DNA of 27,995 nt from a bacterium (GTDB lineage: Bacteria; Zhuqueibacterota; Zhuqueibacteria; Zhuqueibacterales; Zhuqueibacteraceae). This document shows, piece by piece, positions 1-9,429 of the stretch (position 1 is the first letter of the stretch; every line of letters starts with the position of its first letter). The stretch lies in the NCBI GenBank assembly GCA_044869275.1, contig JBIOXB010000095.1:1-27995 (forward strand). The letters run 5' to 3'. The notes below the pieces were generated by a model, which worked only from the letters and a program-made list of their open reading frames with translations, was not told where the DNA came from and searched no databases. A program made the position numbers and the translations under genes.

Positions 1-558
1 TCGCGCGTGAACAATCTCAGTGTGTTTTTGCAGCCGGGCGTGGCTGCCGCTGAATATGCCGTGGCCTTGCGGCGCGCCGTCGTGGGGAAGTTTGCCGTGG
101 CCATCGCCTCCAATCGCGAATTGCGCGACGGCGTTTTGAACATATTCGACCAAACCTTCAGGATCACCCATGTCATGCAGTTTCTCGCTGGCTTGGTGGC
201 CGTAATCGGCATTATCAGCGCCGTGATGTCGCTGTTGGTCGAGCGCACGCGTGAATTGGGAATTTTGCGCGCCATCGGCATGAGCCTCAAGCAACTGCGA
301 CACATGGTTTGTCTCGAATCCGGCTTGATGGGTGCGTTCGCGGGCTTGATGGCACTGCCCACCGGAACCCTGCTCGCCGTGGTTTTGGTCTACGTCATCA
401 ACCTGCGCACGTTCGATTGGACCATTGCATTGCAGTTCGATTTTTTTACTTATTTGTACACTTTCTTTTTGGCGATATTCACCTCTTTGCTGGCCGCCGT
501 TTATCCCTTGTTGCGCTTGCAATCGCTTCCGATTGCCGGCGCGCTGCGGGAAGAGTGA
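1..558 (+). CDS. ABC transporter permease (FtsX/MacB-like, AttF/G-type), 3' part only; the 5' end lies outside the window
   Basis: The frame is open from base 1. It has the ERTRELGILRAIG motif, several hydrophobic helices and a C-terminal ALREE typical of FtsX-like permeases. An AttH-like gene follows. Confidence 0.9.
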   Translation, partial: SRVNNLSVFLQPGVAAAEYAVALRRAVVGKFAVAIASNRELRDGVLNIFDQTFRITHVMQFLAGLVAVIGIISAVMSLLVERTRELGILRAIGMSLKQLRHMVCLESGLMGAFAGLMALPTGTLLAVVLVYVINLRTFDWTIALQFDFFTYLYTFFLAIFTSLLAAVYPLLRLQSLPIAGALREE

Positions 559-564
559 GGGGGA

Positions 565-613
565 GAAGATCGTAGTTGGAAGATCGTGGATGGAAGATCG
601 TTGGTCGTGATTC
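565..613 (+). repeat. Degenerate heptamer tandem array (7 units)
   Basis: gaagatc gtagttg gaagatc gtggatg gaagatc gttggtc gtgattc, starting 6 nt after the stop codon at 558. Confidence 0.85.
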
Positions 614-679
614 AAAGCAGAGCTTCGCTGGTGGTGTTAAAGCTCACTGTTCAATGACGGACTATTTCAGTCGACATCC

Positions 680-1822
680 TTGATGAAATTCTTGGTCAGT
701 TGGTTTGGGCTCGTAGCGCAGATTTCTCTGGTGCATGCAAATAATTGTTTCGCCCAAAGACAAATCAAACCGGATGCCAGCATTCATGCGGTAGCCAGAA
801 CTTTTGCGCAAGCCCTCGCGCCGCGCACCTGGCAATTCCCGCGCGACCATGGCCAGCATCCGGAATTTCGCACGGAGTGGTGGTATTTCACCGGCAATCT
901 CGCCAGCCAGGAAGGGCGAAGGTTCGGGTATCAATTGACTTTCTTCCGCACCGCTCTGTTGCCGGAGCCGGTGTGGCGCGCTTCGCGTTGGGCGTTTCGC
1001 GATGCCTATATCGCGCACTTTGCGTTAACCGACGTCGAGGCAGAGAAATTCCACCATGACCAGCGCGTCGCACGAGGCGCCTTGAATCTGGCCCATGCAG
1101 TATTTGATTCGCTCAAGGCTCATGTGGGAGATTGGTCGATGACAGGCGGAAATGGGGGCATGCAGTTGAAAGCGGAGTCGAGTTTTGGCAGTATTTCTTT
1201 CAGCCTGGATCATGACCGCCCGCCGGTGCTGCACGGTCAAAACGGCTTGGTGCGCAGAGGCCAACAAGCCGGAGAAGCATCTTACTATTATTCACTTCCC
1301 GATCTTCGAACCATTGGAACTCTGCGGCTCTTCGACCAGGCATATCAAATAGAAGGCGTGAGCTGGATGGACCACGAGTTTTTCACCGGCCCGGAGATGG
1401 GAGAGGCCCAAGGCTGGGATTGGATGAGCTTGCATCTGTCGGATTCCACGGCGATCATGCTCTACTTGTTTCGCGATCGAGAGCGAAATATTTTGCCCGC
1501 TTCAGGCGGCACATTGATTTTTGGCGACGGCTCCCAGCGGCAAGTGCGAATGAGCGATTTTGAAGTTTCGCCCCTTTCCTGGTGGACAAGCTCCAAATCC
1601 GGTGGCAAATATCCGATCAGTTGGAAGTTAAGAATCGACAACTATCAGCTTGAGTTGACAACTCCGGTCAAAAATCAGGAGTTGGACACTCGAACGACCA
1701 CCGGGGTAATTTACTGGGAAGGTTACATCGAAGCCACTGGAAGCAGCGGGGGTGAGCGGATTCAGGGCACGGGATACCTGGAGATGACCGGTTACGCCGG
1801 TGTATCAAAGCAGGATTTGTAA
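680..1822 (+). CDS. Secreted lipocalin-like protein of the AttH/CrtC (carotenoid 1,2-hydratase-like) family
   Basis: Motifs FPRDHGQHPEFRTEWWYFTGNL, SYYYS, WMDHEF, GWDW, YWEG and GYLEMTGY, with an N-terminal signal-like segment. Confidence 0.9.
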   Translation: MMKFLVSWFGLVAQISLVHANNCFAQRQIKPDASIHAVARTFAQALAPRTWQFPRDHGQHPEFRTEWWYFTGNLASQEGRRFGYQLTFFRTALLPEPVWRASRWAFRDAYIAHFALTDVEAEKFHHDQRVARGALNLAHAVFDSLKAHVGDWSMTGGNGGMQLKAESSFGSISFSLDHDRPPVLHGQNGLVRRGQQAGEASYYYSLPDLRTIGTLRLFDQAYQIEGVSWMDHEFFTGPEMGEAQGWDWMSLHLSDSTAIMLYLFRDRERNILPASGGTLIFGDGSQRQVRMSDFEVSPLSWWTSSKSGGKYPISWKLRIDNYQLELTTPVKNQELDTRTTTGVIYWEGYIEATGSSGGERIQGTGYLEMTGYAGVSKQDL

Positions 1823-1864
1823 TGGTCGAAAATCGGCCATCTGCCGCTATTTTCGCAAAAGTAA

Positions 1865-1893
1865 TAGACAAGTGTAGTCCGCCAAAGTAGCTT
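1865..1893 (+). promoter_or_regulatory. Possible sigma-70-type promoter
   Basis: TAGACA-17 nt-TAGCTT at the start of an AT-rich intergenic region. Confidence 0.3.
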
Positions 1894-2205
1894 TTTATTC
1901 GAAAAGACAATTTCATTTCCGCACTTGTAGGTCAGCGCTGCTACTTTTTTATGTGGTATTACGGATACGAAACTGTAATTGCGCATGTCTCAAGGCAATA
2001 CAGTATGTTCAATTTCTGACCATATAAGATCAGAAATTTCATGGAACCTGCACATTCGAACCGGCAGCGCGATTCAAAACGGAATTTGAGTCAAAGCATT
2101 TCGAAAGTGTAACTAATTGTATTCTCGAGGCTAAATGAGTACGGCCGCCACAGTGTCACAAAAATGTAATTCAATTTTTGGTGAATGGTCCCGAAATGGT
2201 TGCGA

Positions 2206-2220
2206 TGGTATGTATCTTGC
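2206..2220 (+). promoter_or_regulatory. Putative sigma-54 (-24/-12) promoter upstream of the sigma-54 activator gene
   Basis: TGGTATGTATCTTGC, with GG (2207-2208), exactly 10 nt, then GC (2219-2220) inside TTGC. Confidence 0.6.
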
Positions 2221-2429
2221 CAAAATGTAAGCGGTTTGGCTCAGCATATTGTGGCTTTCGTGATCCGTGCGACAGGCACTAAACAGGCATCGCAGCTAGT
2301 CGTACAGCTTTGCCCGAGAAACAACTGCGGGTGCGATCGACGGGGATCGGTCGAAAAGCGATTTGGATGCGCGAGCAACAACACCCGTACAACCATTCAT
2401 TATACCACATCTCAAAGAGAGGGGCATTA

Positions 2430-3650
2430 GTGCACAACGGTTCGACAGGCAAGTCGTCCGAATTCATTCTGCCCGCTTCGGTATGTTTCATGAACGAAGC
2501 CTGGCAACGAGGAAATCCGGTTTCTTCATTCAAGGATGAGAAGGATCGGACCAAATCAGCGGGTGAGAGCATCGTGACAACCATCGAAGCCAAGGATTTC
2601 GAGCTGGACGCTCTTCCACCGGACGTGGAGAGTTCTTGGGGCAAGAATTTCGGTTTTGACTACCATTATCCCCTGGTCAGCCGCAGTCCCGAAATCAAAG
2701 AAATTTTTTCGTTGATCAAGAAGGTGGCGAAGAGCAACGCCACGATTCTCATTCAGGGCGAAACCGGCACCGGCAAGGAATTGATTGCAGGATTGATTCA
2801 GTTCATCAGCCATCGCGCCGACAAGTCTTATGTGAAAGTCAATTGCGCCGCCTTGCCGGAGAATTTGCTGGAAAGCGAATTGTTCGGCCACGAAAAGGGG
2901 GCATTCACCGGTGCTTATCAGACGCGCATCGGCAAATTCGAGCAGGCCGATCAAGGCACGTTGTTTCTCGACGAAATCGGCGACATGCACATTTCCACAC
3001 AGGCGAAGATTTTGCGCGTGCTGCAAGATCAGAATTTTTCGCGTCTGGGCGGCAACAAGTCAATCCAGGTCGATGTGCGCGTGATCGCGGCCACCAACAA
3101 AGACTTGTGGACGGAAATCGAAGCCGGTAATTTTCGCGCGGATTTGTATTATCGTTTGAACGTGGTGACGCTACACATTCCGCCGCTGCGCAAGCGCCGC
3201 GAGGATATTCCGTTGATTGCGGAGTTTTTCCGGCGCAAGTTCTCGCGCGAGATTCGCAAAAAGGCGAAGGGCTTTTCCGCGGAGACCATGGACTTGCTCA
3301 CCAATCATCAGTGGCCGGGCAACATTCGCGAGCTGAAGAATCTCGTCGAGCGCTCGGTGCTGGTGGCGGAAGAAGGCGAAGAGATCACGCCCAAGGATTT
3401 GTCCATGGCCGGCAAAGACTACTTCGCCGCCGGCGGCAAGGATCGCCGGCGCTCGACCGACGGCGACTTGCTTTCTCTGGAAACGCTCAATCTCGAAGTG
3501 ATCGAAAAAGAAGCGATCATGCGCGCGTTGGAGCTGCGCAATTGGGTGCAGAAAGACGCAGCCATGCTGCTGGGCATTTCGCCGCGCGCGTTGAATTACA
3601 AAATTAATTATCACGGCATCACGCATCCGACGTGGAAGAAGAACACCTGA
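2430..3650 (+). CDS. Sigma-54-dependent transcriptional activator (AAA+ bacterial enhancer-binding protein with Fis-type HTH), with no recognisable N-terminal sensor domain
   Basis: Walker A GETGTGKE, ESELFGHEKGAFTGA, Walker B LFLDEI, RADLYYRL, WPGNIREL and a C-terminal HTH. I chose the GTG at 2430 because GAGGGG precedes it; ATG 2490 is an alternative. Confidence 0.93.
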   Translation: MHNGSTGKSSEFILPASVCFMNEAWQRGNPVSSFKDEKDRTKSAGESIVTTIEAKDFELDALPPDVESSWGKNFGFDYHYPLVSRSPEIKEIFSLIKKVAKSNATILIQGETGTGKELIAGLIQFISHRADKSYVKVNCAALPENLLESELFGHEKGAFTGAYQTRIGKFEQADQGTLFLDEIGDMHISTQAKILRVLQDQNFSRLGGNKSIQVDVRVIAATNKDLWTEIEAGNFRADLYYRLNVVTLHIPPLRKRREDIPLIAEFFRRKFSREIRKKAKGFSAETMDLLTNHQWPGNIRELKNLVERSVLVAEEGEEITPKDLSMAGKDYFAAGGKDRRRSTDGDLLSLETLNLEVIEKEAIMRALELRNWVQKDAAMLLGISPRALNYKINYHGITHPTWKKNT

Positions 3651-3682
3651 GATTCCGGACCTCATATTGAAATCGCATCAGG

Positions 3683-3718
3683 ACGGGCGGCGTAATTTTT
3701 ACGCCGCCCGTTTTTTTT
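3683..3718 (+). terminator. Rho-independent terminator
   Basis: Perfect stem acgggcggcgtaa-ttt-ttacgccgcccgt followed by a T tract. Confidence 0.92.
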
Positions 3719-3817
3719 GAGTTGCTCTGACCGGCGTCGGGGCGCACATCTTGATTTCGCACGCAGCGGCGGAATAACCGTTTGGATGGGTCATGGAAAT
3801 TTCTTAGTTTTGAACCT

Positions 3818-5137
3818 ATGGAGCCATCTGAATGTCAAATCGAATCGCTCGGCGAATGCCAAATCGATTCGCCTTTGGGATTGCCCTTTTCCACCGCCGC
3901 CGGCGTTGCCGGCTACGTTGCGGATACCGTACGCATCTCCGTCAACATTGAACAACACGGCGGGCAACCCTCCCAGCCGGCGATGACACTGGAAAAAGCC
4001 GGAGCGCGCGCGAAGATTTATTTCCGCCCGGGTTATACCAAAGCCGCGATCATGACTTGTGGCGGACTCTCGCCGGGATTGAATAACGTCATTCGATCGT
4101 TGTATATGCAGCTCTTTCATCGTTACGGCGTCAAAACGGTCCTGGGGCTCCGTAACGGATATCGCGGTCTCAATCCGAAATATGGGCACACGCCACTGCT
4201 CCTGACCCAGGACGTTGTGGAACGCATCCATCGCATCCCCGGAACAATTCTCGGCACCTCGCGCGGCGAAGAAGACCCGGTGATCGCCGTTGATGCGCTC
4301 GAGCGCGAAGGGATCGATATTCTGTTTGCCATTGGCGGGGACGGCACGCTCAAGGGTGCGCACCGGATTTGGATGGAAGGGAAGAGGCGGGGGCTCAAAA
4401 TTGCGATCGTCGGCGTACCTAAAACGATCGACAACGACATCCATTTTGTCTATAAGACTTTTGGCTTCGATACCGCAGTGGAAGAGGCCAAGAAAGTTCT
4501 GGACTGTGCTCATACCGAAGCGCGAAGCCATCCCCACGGCATCGGTTTGGTGAAGATCATGGGGCGCAACTCCGGCTTTGTCGTCGCCTATGCCGCGCTG
4601 GCCAGCAGGGATGTCAATTTCGCCCTCATTCCTGAGATCGCGTTCAAGCTGGAGGGCGAAAACGGCTTGCTGCAGCATCTTGAAAATCGCCTGCAGGCGC
4701 GCGATCATGCTCTCATCGTCGTGTCCGAAGGCGCGGGACAGGATTTGATGGGCGAGCGCCGGACGGAAAAGGATGCCTCCGGCAATGTACGCCACCAGGA
4801 TGTTGGGGCATTTTTGAAGGAAAAGATTCAGCAACACTTCAAAAGCAAGAATCTCGAAGTCAATCTCAAATACATCGATCCCAGTTATACCGTGCGCAGT
4901 GTTTTACCGAATGCGAACGACAGCATTTATTGCGACAACCTGAGCCGCTATGCTGTGCATGCGGCTATGGCGGGCAAGACCGATCTGGTCATCGGACAAT
5001 GGCATAACGTTTTCACCCATGTTCCAATCCCGCTGGCCACCGCGCAACGCAAGACGATTCATCCGGAAAGCACGCTATGGTTGAGCGTGCTCGAGGCTAC
5101 CGGCCAGCCCGCCTCCATGCATTACAATAGGCCTTGA
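3818..5137 (+). CDS. pfkA: ATP-dependent 6-phosphofructokinase, group X type
   Basis: Motifs TCGGLSPGLN, GTILGTSRG, GGDGT, PKTIDND, MGR, SEGAG and YIDPSY. Start taken at ATG 3818. Confidence 0.92.
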   Translation: MEPSECQIESLGECQIDSPLGLPFSTAAGVAGYVADTVRISVNIEQHGGQPSQPAMTLEKAGARAKIYFRPGYTKAAIMTCGGLSPGLNNVIRSLYMQLFHRYGVKTVLGLRNGYRGLNPKYGHTPLLLTQDVVERIHRIPGTILGTSRGEEDPVIAVDALEREGIDILFAIGGDGTLKGAHRIWMEGKRRGLKIAIVGVPKTIDNDIHFVYKTFGFDTAVEEAKKVLDCAHTEARSHPHGIGLVKIMGRNSGFVVAYAALASRDVNFALIPEIAFKLEGENGLLQHLENRLQARDHALIVVSEGAGQDLMGERRTEKDASGNVRHQDVGAFLKEKIQQHFKSKNLEVNLKYIDPSYTVRSVLPNANDSIYCDNLSRYAVHAAMAGKTDLVIGQWHNVFTHVPIPLATAQRKTIHPESTLWLSVLEATGQPASMHYNRP

Positions 5138-5454
5138 ACTCCGGCACTTTCCTGAAACGGCGCTTATCCCCAAAACTGTACCTTCGTCTCATTGACGATC
5201 CGGCCTTACGCTTTTGAATTCCCGCGAAGTAATCTCGAACGAACATGTCATGCGCGCTGCACAGCGTGCCTGCACCAGACAGGCAGGGTTGTCAGCGAGA
5301 ATAAACATTCGCATGGCAGCTCTCGGAGCGAGAGGCCGGCGCCAGGCTCGGGCTGCCATGGCGGCCCGACAATTTCTGCAGCGTGAGAGTGCTTTGGTCT
5401 GCTTGCACGCCGGAATGCTTGCAGACGATGACAATCGTGCAATGCAGGGCGGCA

Positions 5455-5471
5455 CTGGCATATCCTTTGCG
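5455..5471 (+). promoter_or_regulatory. Putative sigma-54 (-24/-12) promoter of the secreted Ig-repeat protein gene
   Basis: CTGGCATATCCTTTGCG closely matches the YTGGCAC-N5-TTGCW consensus with exact GG-N10-GC spacing, about 85 nt before the likely start codon. Confidence 0.7.
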
Positions 5472-5556
5472 AAAATAGATCCGGCGACATGGATCAGATG
5501 CTTGTTTATGATCGCCAGAAAAGGATTTCATCTTATTGCCAGGAGGAATGCGCCGC

Positions 5557-7953
5557 ATGCCGCGTTGTGCAAGTTTTGTTTGTTATGGCGACCAATCATT
5601 TTGCCGAGCCGATCGTTTTCAAAAATCGAAATGGATCTCGAGCGCTCTCCTTGTTTGGGGATTTCTACTGGCAGATCTTTCCTCACTCTGCGCTGGCAAC
5701 ATCGAGGTTGCCTGGGACGCGAACAAAGAGCCGGACGTGGCCGGATACCGCGTTTATTACGGCGAATCATCGCGCCAGTACAAAACTGGGGTGATCGATG
5801 TCGGAGGCACGCTGCAATATGTTTTCACCAATCTCGCCGAGAACAAAACTTACTATTTTGCCATCACCGCCTACGACACTGCCGGCAATGAAAGCGAATA
5901 TTCGTTCGAGGTTTCTATCAAGGTGCCGGCCGTGGACAAAACGCCTCCAGCCGTGCAACAAGCACGCGCGCTCGATCTCAATACTCTCATGGTGTCATTC
6001 AGCGAGCCGGTGTCGCAGGCTGCTGCTGAAAACCGCGCCAATTATGCCATTGATCAACAAATCACGATCATGAGCGCGAATTTGCAGGCCGACACGCTCA
6101 CTGTAAAATTGTCGACCTCCACCCATGCGCCGGGCAAAACTTATCTCCTGACCATTCGCAACCTTGCCGACCGCGCAGCGCCCGCCAACGTCATGAGTGT
6201 TCCGGCAACTGTGACCTACAGCGTCGAGAGCGCGGACAAATCTGCCCCCGCGATTGTTTCGGCGAAAGCTTTGGACCATGCGAGAGTCGAAATCATCTTT
6301 GATGAACGCATCTCCCGGACCGGCGCAGAGCGAATAGAAAGCTACAGCATTTCGCCAGGCGTCACTGTCTTTGCGGCAGCGCTGCAAAATGATCAACAGC
6401 GCGTCATACTGCAAACCGGCCCGCACCTGGAGGGCGCCACCTATCAATTGACAGCGCGCAATATTTCCGATTTGGCGACCCCGCCCAATATTATGCCTGC
6501 GCCCGCGACCGTGAGCTACACGCTCACCAGCGCGGACAACATGCCGCCTGCCCTCGTTTCTGTCTCCGCATTGGATGCGCAGCAGATCGAAATCGCATTC
6601 GATGAACGCATTGCGCCGGCCAGCGCAGAGCGCATGGAGAACTATGGTATTTCGCCTGGCATCACTGTTTTTGCTGCAACTCTGCAAAATGATGAACGCC
6701 GCGTCGTCCTGCAGACCGGCCTGCACACCGAAGGGGTCACATATCAATTGACGGCCCGCAACATTTCGGATCTCGTGACGCCGCCCAATATCATGCCAAC
6801 GCCGGCAACTTTGAGCTACAGCTACCACCGCGAAGATCATGAACCGCCCCGTGTGGTTTCCGTGACCTTGACGGATTTGAACACGCTGCTCGTTTCTTTC
6901 AACGAAAAAGTGACGATTCTTTCCACGGAAAACCCGGGCAACTATCAACTGAGCGACGGCATTCAGCTCTTATCGGCCAGATTGAATGACGAAGGCCAGG
7001 AGGTCCGGTTGCAAACTTCGTTGCACACGTATAATCATGATTACACCCTGACGCTCACCGGCATTACGGATGTTTCCGCCTTTGCCAACACCATCCCTGC
7101 GGGATTGGTATTCACTTACCGGCTGGAGCAATCCGGCGACAAGGAAAACGGAAATCTCACTGTGAATGGCTGGTCTCCGGTGAACTATAAACTGGACTCT
7201 CTGCGCGCTGGCGCGGCCTATTATGTCGATCGACCGCACACGATCACGAGTATGCCCAGTAATCTCAACCAGGCCCTGTTGCTGCGCACCGCCTATCGCG
7301 ACCGGCGCAATAAGACGGAAGTGTTCCTGGAGTTCAATCTCAATCGCTCTGCGGAGGTCTATGTGGCTTACGACGGCCGCGTGCCGGAAGTCCCCAATTG
7401 GCTGAAGCATTACTTTGTGGAAACCAGCCAAAAGATCTCGCTTTCCGCTGCCGGCGAGTACATGAAGCTGTGGCGCGGCCGCTATTTGCCTGGACGCGTG
7501 CGGCTCGGTGGGAACATGGCGCAAGGCATGCAATATCCTTTTACCATTTCCCCGAACATGTTTTTTGTTTTGATCAAAGCTGCCGGCTCCGACGAGCAAC
7601 CCAGTGCCAGCGCGCCTCCAAAACTGTTCGAGGTGTCACAAAACTACCCCAATCCCCTGCGGCTGAATGCCGGGGCGACGCGCTCGGTCATCGCATGCCA
7701 GGTGCGCCAGGAGGGCCGGGTGGTGGTGACGATTTATAACATGCTGGGGCAAGCCGTGCGCACACTGCACGATGGCATTTTAACCGTAGGGACGCACACC
7801 ATGGCGTGGGATGGCAGAGACGGAAATCTGGAAAGCGTGCCCAGCGGAAAATACATGTACGTGATGGAGATGCGAGAGGAAATGCAACAGGGAGCTTTTA
7901 CCGTGACCGCAGCATTGAGCCGGGAGACGAGAGTGATGACGGTGTTGAAATAG
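5557..7953 (+). CDS. Secreted multidomain protein: FN3 domain, four 100-aa Ig-like repeats, an unknown ~125-aa module and a C-terminal FlgD-Ig/T9SS-type sorting-like domain
   Basis: Hydrophobic signal region; FN3 signature (WDANKEPDVAGYRVYYG...YYFAITAYDTAGNES); four D..PP/AP-start repeats; C-terminal QNYPNP...IYNMLGQAVRTL...WDGRD...SGKY. AGGAGG at 5541-5546 supports ATG 5557. Confidence 0.88.
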   Translation: MPRCASFVCYGDQSFCRADRFQKSKWISSALLVWGFLLADLSSLCAGNIEVAWDANKEPDVAGYRVYYGESSRQYKTGVIDVGGTLQYVFTNLAENKTYYFAITAYDTAGNESEYSFEVSIKVPAVDKTPPAVQQARALDLNTLMVSFSEPVSQAAAENRANYAIDQQITIMSANLQADTLTVKLSTSTHAPGKTYLLTIRNLADRAAPANVMSVPATVTYSVESADKSAPAIVSAKALDHARVEIIFDERISRTGAERIESYSISPGVTVFAAALQNDQQRVILQTGPHLEGATYQLTARNISDLATPPNIMPAPATVSYTLTSADNMPPALVSVSALDAQQIEIAFDERIAPASAERMENYGISPGITVFAATLQNDERRVVLQTGLHTEGVTYQLTARNISDLVTPPNIMPTPATLSYSYHREDHEPPRVVSVTLTDLNTLLVSFNEKVTILSTENPGNYQLSDGIQLLSARLNDEGQEVRLQTSLHTYNHDYTLTLTGITDVSAFANTIPAGLVFTYRLEQSGDKENGNLTVNGWSPVNYKLDSLRAGAAYYVDRPHTITSMPSNLNQALLLRTAYRDRRNKTEVFLEFNLNRSAEVYVAYDGRVPEVPNWLKHYFVETSQKISLSAAGEYMKLWRGRYLPGRVRLGGNMAQGMQYPFTISPNMFFVLIKAAGSDEQPSASAPPKLFEVSQNYPNPLRLNAGATRSVIACQVRQEGRVVVTIYNMLGQAVRTLHDGILTVGTHTMAWDGRDGNLESVPSGKYMYVMEMREEMQQGAFTVTAALSRETRVMTVLK
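5935..7134 (+). repeat. Four intragenic tandem 300-bp units encoding Ig-like domains
   Basis: Units start at 5935, 6235, 6535 and 6835. Units 2 and 3 share nucleotide blocks exactly 300 bp apart (gatgaacgca at 6301/6601; ccgcccaata at 6481/6781). Confidence 0.9.
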
Positions 7954-7956
7954 CGG

Positions 7957-8019
7957 AGAGTAGAGGGCATAGCGCAGAGGGCATGGCGCTTAGCGCGAAG
8001 CGCATGGTGCAGAGCGCAT
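7957..8019 (+). repeat. Degenerate heptamer tandem array (9 units, AGNGCAK-like)
   Basis: agagtag agggcat agcgcag agggcat ggcgctt agcgcga agcgcat ggtgcag agcgcat, just after the stop at 7953. Confidence 0.85.
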
Positions 8020-8139
8020 ACAATGTACGCAGCTCTGGCGAAATGGTGAAAATCTCACCAAAATTGCAACCTACGTTTGTGTGAAAAATTGAGTCTCCCG
8101 CCAATTTTTATCCCACGATCAATACTGGAAAGCCCGTGC

Positions 8140-9366
8140 TCAGTACAAGAGCCGTACTTTGATGGTGACCTCGAGCTTTTTCAAATCCTCCAGCACTTGC
8201 CGATCGACCAACCGATTGACGTCTGTGACGAGGTAGCCGATGTCTTCTTCGGTTTTCAAGATCTGGCTTTCGATATTGATGCCCAGCCGCGCGAAGATTT
8301 GGCTGAATTCGGACACCACGCCGGGTACGTTGCGGTGGATGTGCAGAATGCGGTGGCGGTCCCGCAGGATGGGCAGCTGCACTTCCGGAATATTGACGCT
8401 GCCGACCGTGGTGCCGGTGTTCAAGTAGTTGATCAGTTTTTCACTGGTTTTGCCGGCAATGTCTTTTTGTGATTCCAGTGTGCTCCCGCCAATATGCGGG
8501 GTGAGAATCACGTTGGGCAATCCCTGCATCTCGGTCTCAAAGATTTCTTGATTGGTTTTAGGCTCTCTGGGAAAAACGTCGATTGCCGCACCCGCAATGT
8601 GCCCCTCCAAAATGGCCTGCCGCAGATCTTTGAGTTCGACATTTCTGCCGCGGCTCAAATTCAGAAAATAACTGCCTTTCTTCATACTCGCGAATTGTGG
8701 TGCCGCCATCATGTTGATCGTGGTTTCGTCCTCCGGCACGTGCAGCGTGACGACGTCGGCACGGCGCAGCAGTTCTTCCAAAGTCGGCACCGAGGTGGCA
8801 TTGCCCATCGGCAGTTTTTCGGTGAGGTCGTGGTAAATCACATTCATGCCCATGGCTTCGGCGAGAATGGAGACCTGCGATCCGATATGGCCGTAGCCCA
8901 CGATCCCGAGGGTTTTGCCACGCACTTCGAAGCTGCCGGCGCTGCTTTTGTCCCAGATCCTGTTATTTGCGGCCTGGCTTTTCTCGAAGACACGGCGCAC
9001 CAGCATGATAATCTCGCCGATCACCAATTCGGCCACGCTGCGCGTGTTGCTATAGGGCGCGTTGAAAACCGCCACGCCCTGCTGCCGCGCTTGGCTCAAA
9101 TCCACTTGATTCGTGCCGATGCAATAGCAGCCGAGGGCCCACAGGCGGCGCGCATGCGCGAGCACGTTGGCCGTCACCTGCGTGGTCGAGCGAATGCCCA
9201 GCAGGTGCACGGTTTCAATTCTCTCACACAGTTCGCCTTCTTTCAACGCGCCCGGCAGCGCCTCGACTTGATAGCCTTCCTGCAAGAATCTATTCCTCCC
9301 ATCCGGATGAATTCCTTCGAGTAACAATACGCGAATTTGATTTTTGGGAAAGGAGGTTTTGGGCAT
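8140..9366 (-). CDS. serA: D-3-phosphoglycerate dehydrogenase (E. coli-type, C-terminal ACT domain)
   Basis: Motifs CIGTNQVDL, FNAPYSNTRSVAELV, GIVGYGHIG, DVFPREP, TPHIGGST and ACT motif HRNVPGV. Start taken at MPKTSFPK; ATG 9405 is an alternative. Confidence 0.95.
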   Translation of the reverse strand: MPKTSFPKNQIRVLLLEGIHPDGRNRFLQEGYQVEALPGALKEGELCERIETVHLLGIRSTTQVTANVLAHARRLWALGCYCIGTNQVDLSQARQQGVAVFNAPYSNTRSVAELVIGEIIMLVRRVFEKSQAANNRIWDKSSAGSFEVRGKTLGIVGYGHIGSQVSILAEAMGMNVIYHDLTEKLPMGNATSVPTLEELLRRADVVTLHVPEDETTINMMAAPQFASMKKGSYFLNLSRGRNVELKDLRQAILEGHIAGAAIDVFPREPKTNQEIFETEMQGLPNVILTPHIGGSTLESQKDIAGKTSEKLINYLNTGTTVGSVNIPEVQLPILRDRHRILHIHRNVPGVVSEFSQIFARLGINIESQILKTEEDIGYLVTDVNRLVDRQVLEDLKKLEVTIKVRLLY

Positions 9367-9429
9367 GCCCTTGAGCAGGGTTCGAATTTTGCGTACGCTG
9401 TTCATATTTTCGATCAATAAGGTGACAGA

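Noticed and set aside
680..1822. Carotenoid biosynthesis locus
   Set aside because: No other crt genes are present; pairing with an ABC permease matches the common AttFGH-like arrangement.
5214..5891. 225-aa ORF upstream of and overlapping the secreted protein gene
   Set aside because: It has Arg/Ala/Cys-rich non-protein-like composition and runs across the sigma-54 promoter and the real gene.
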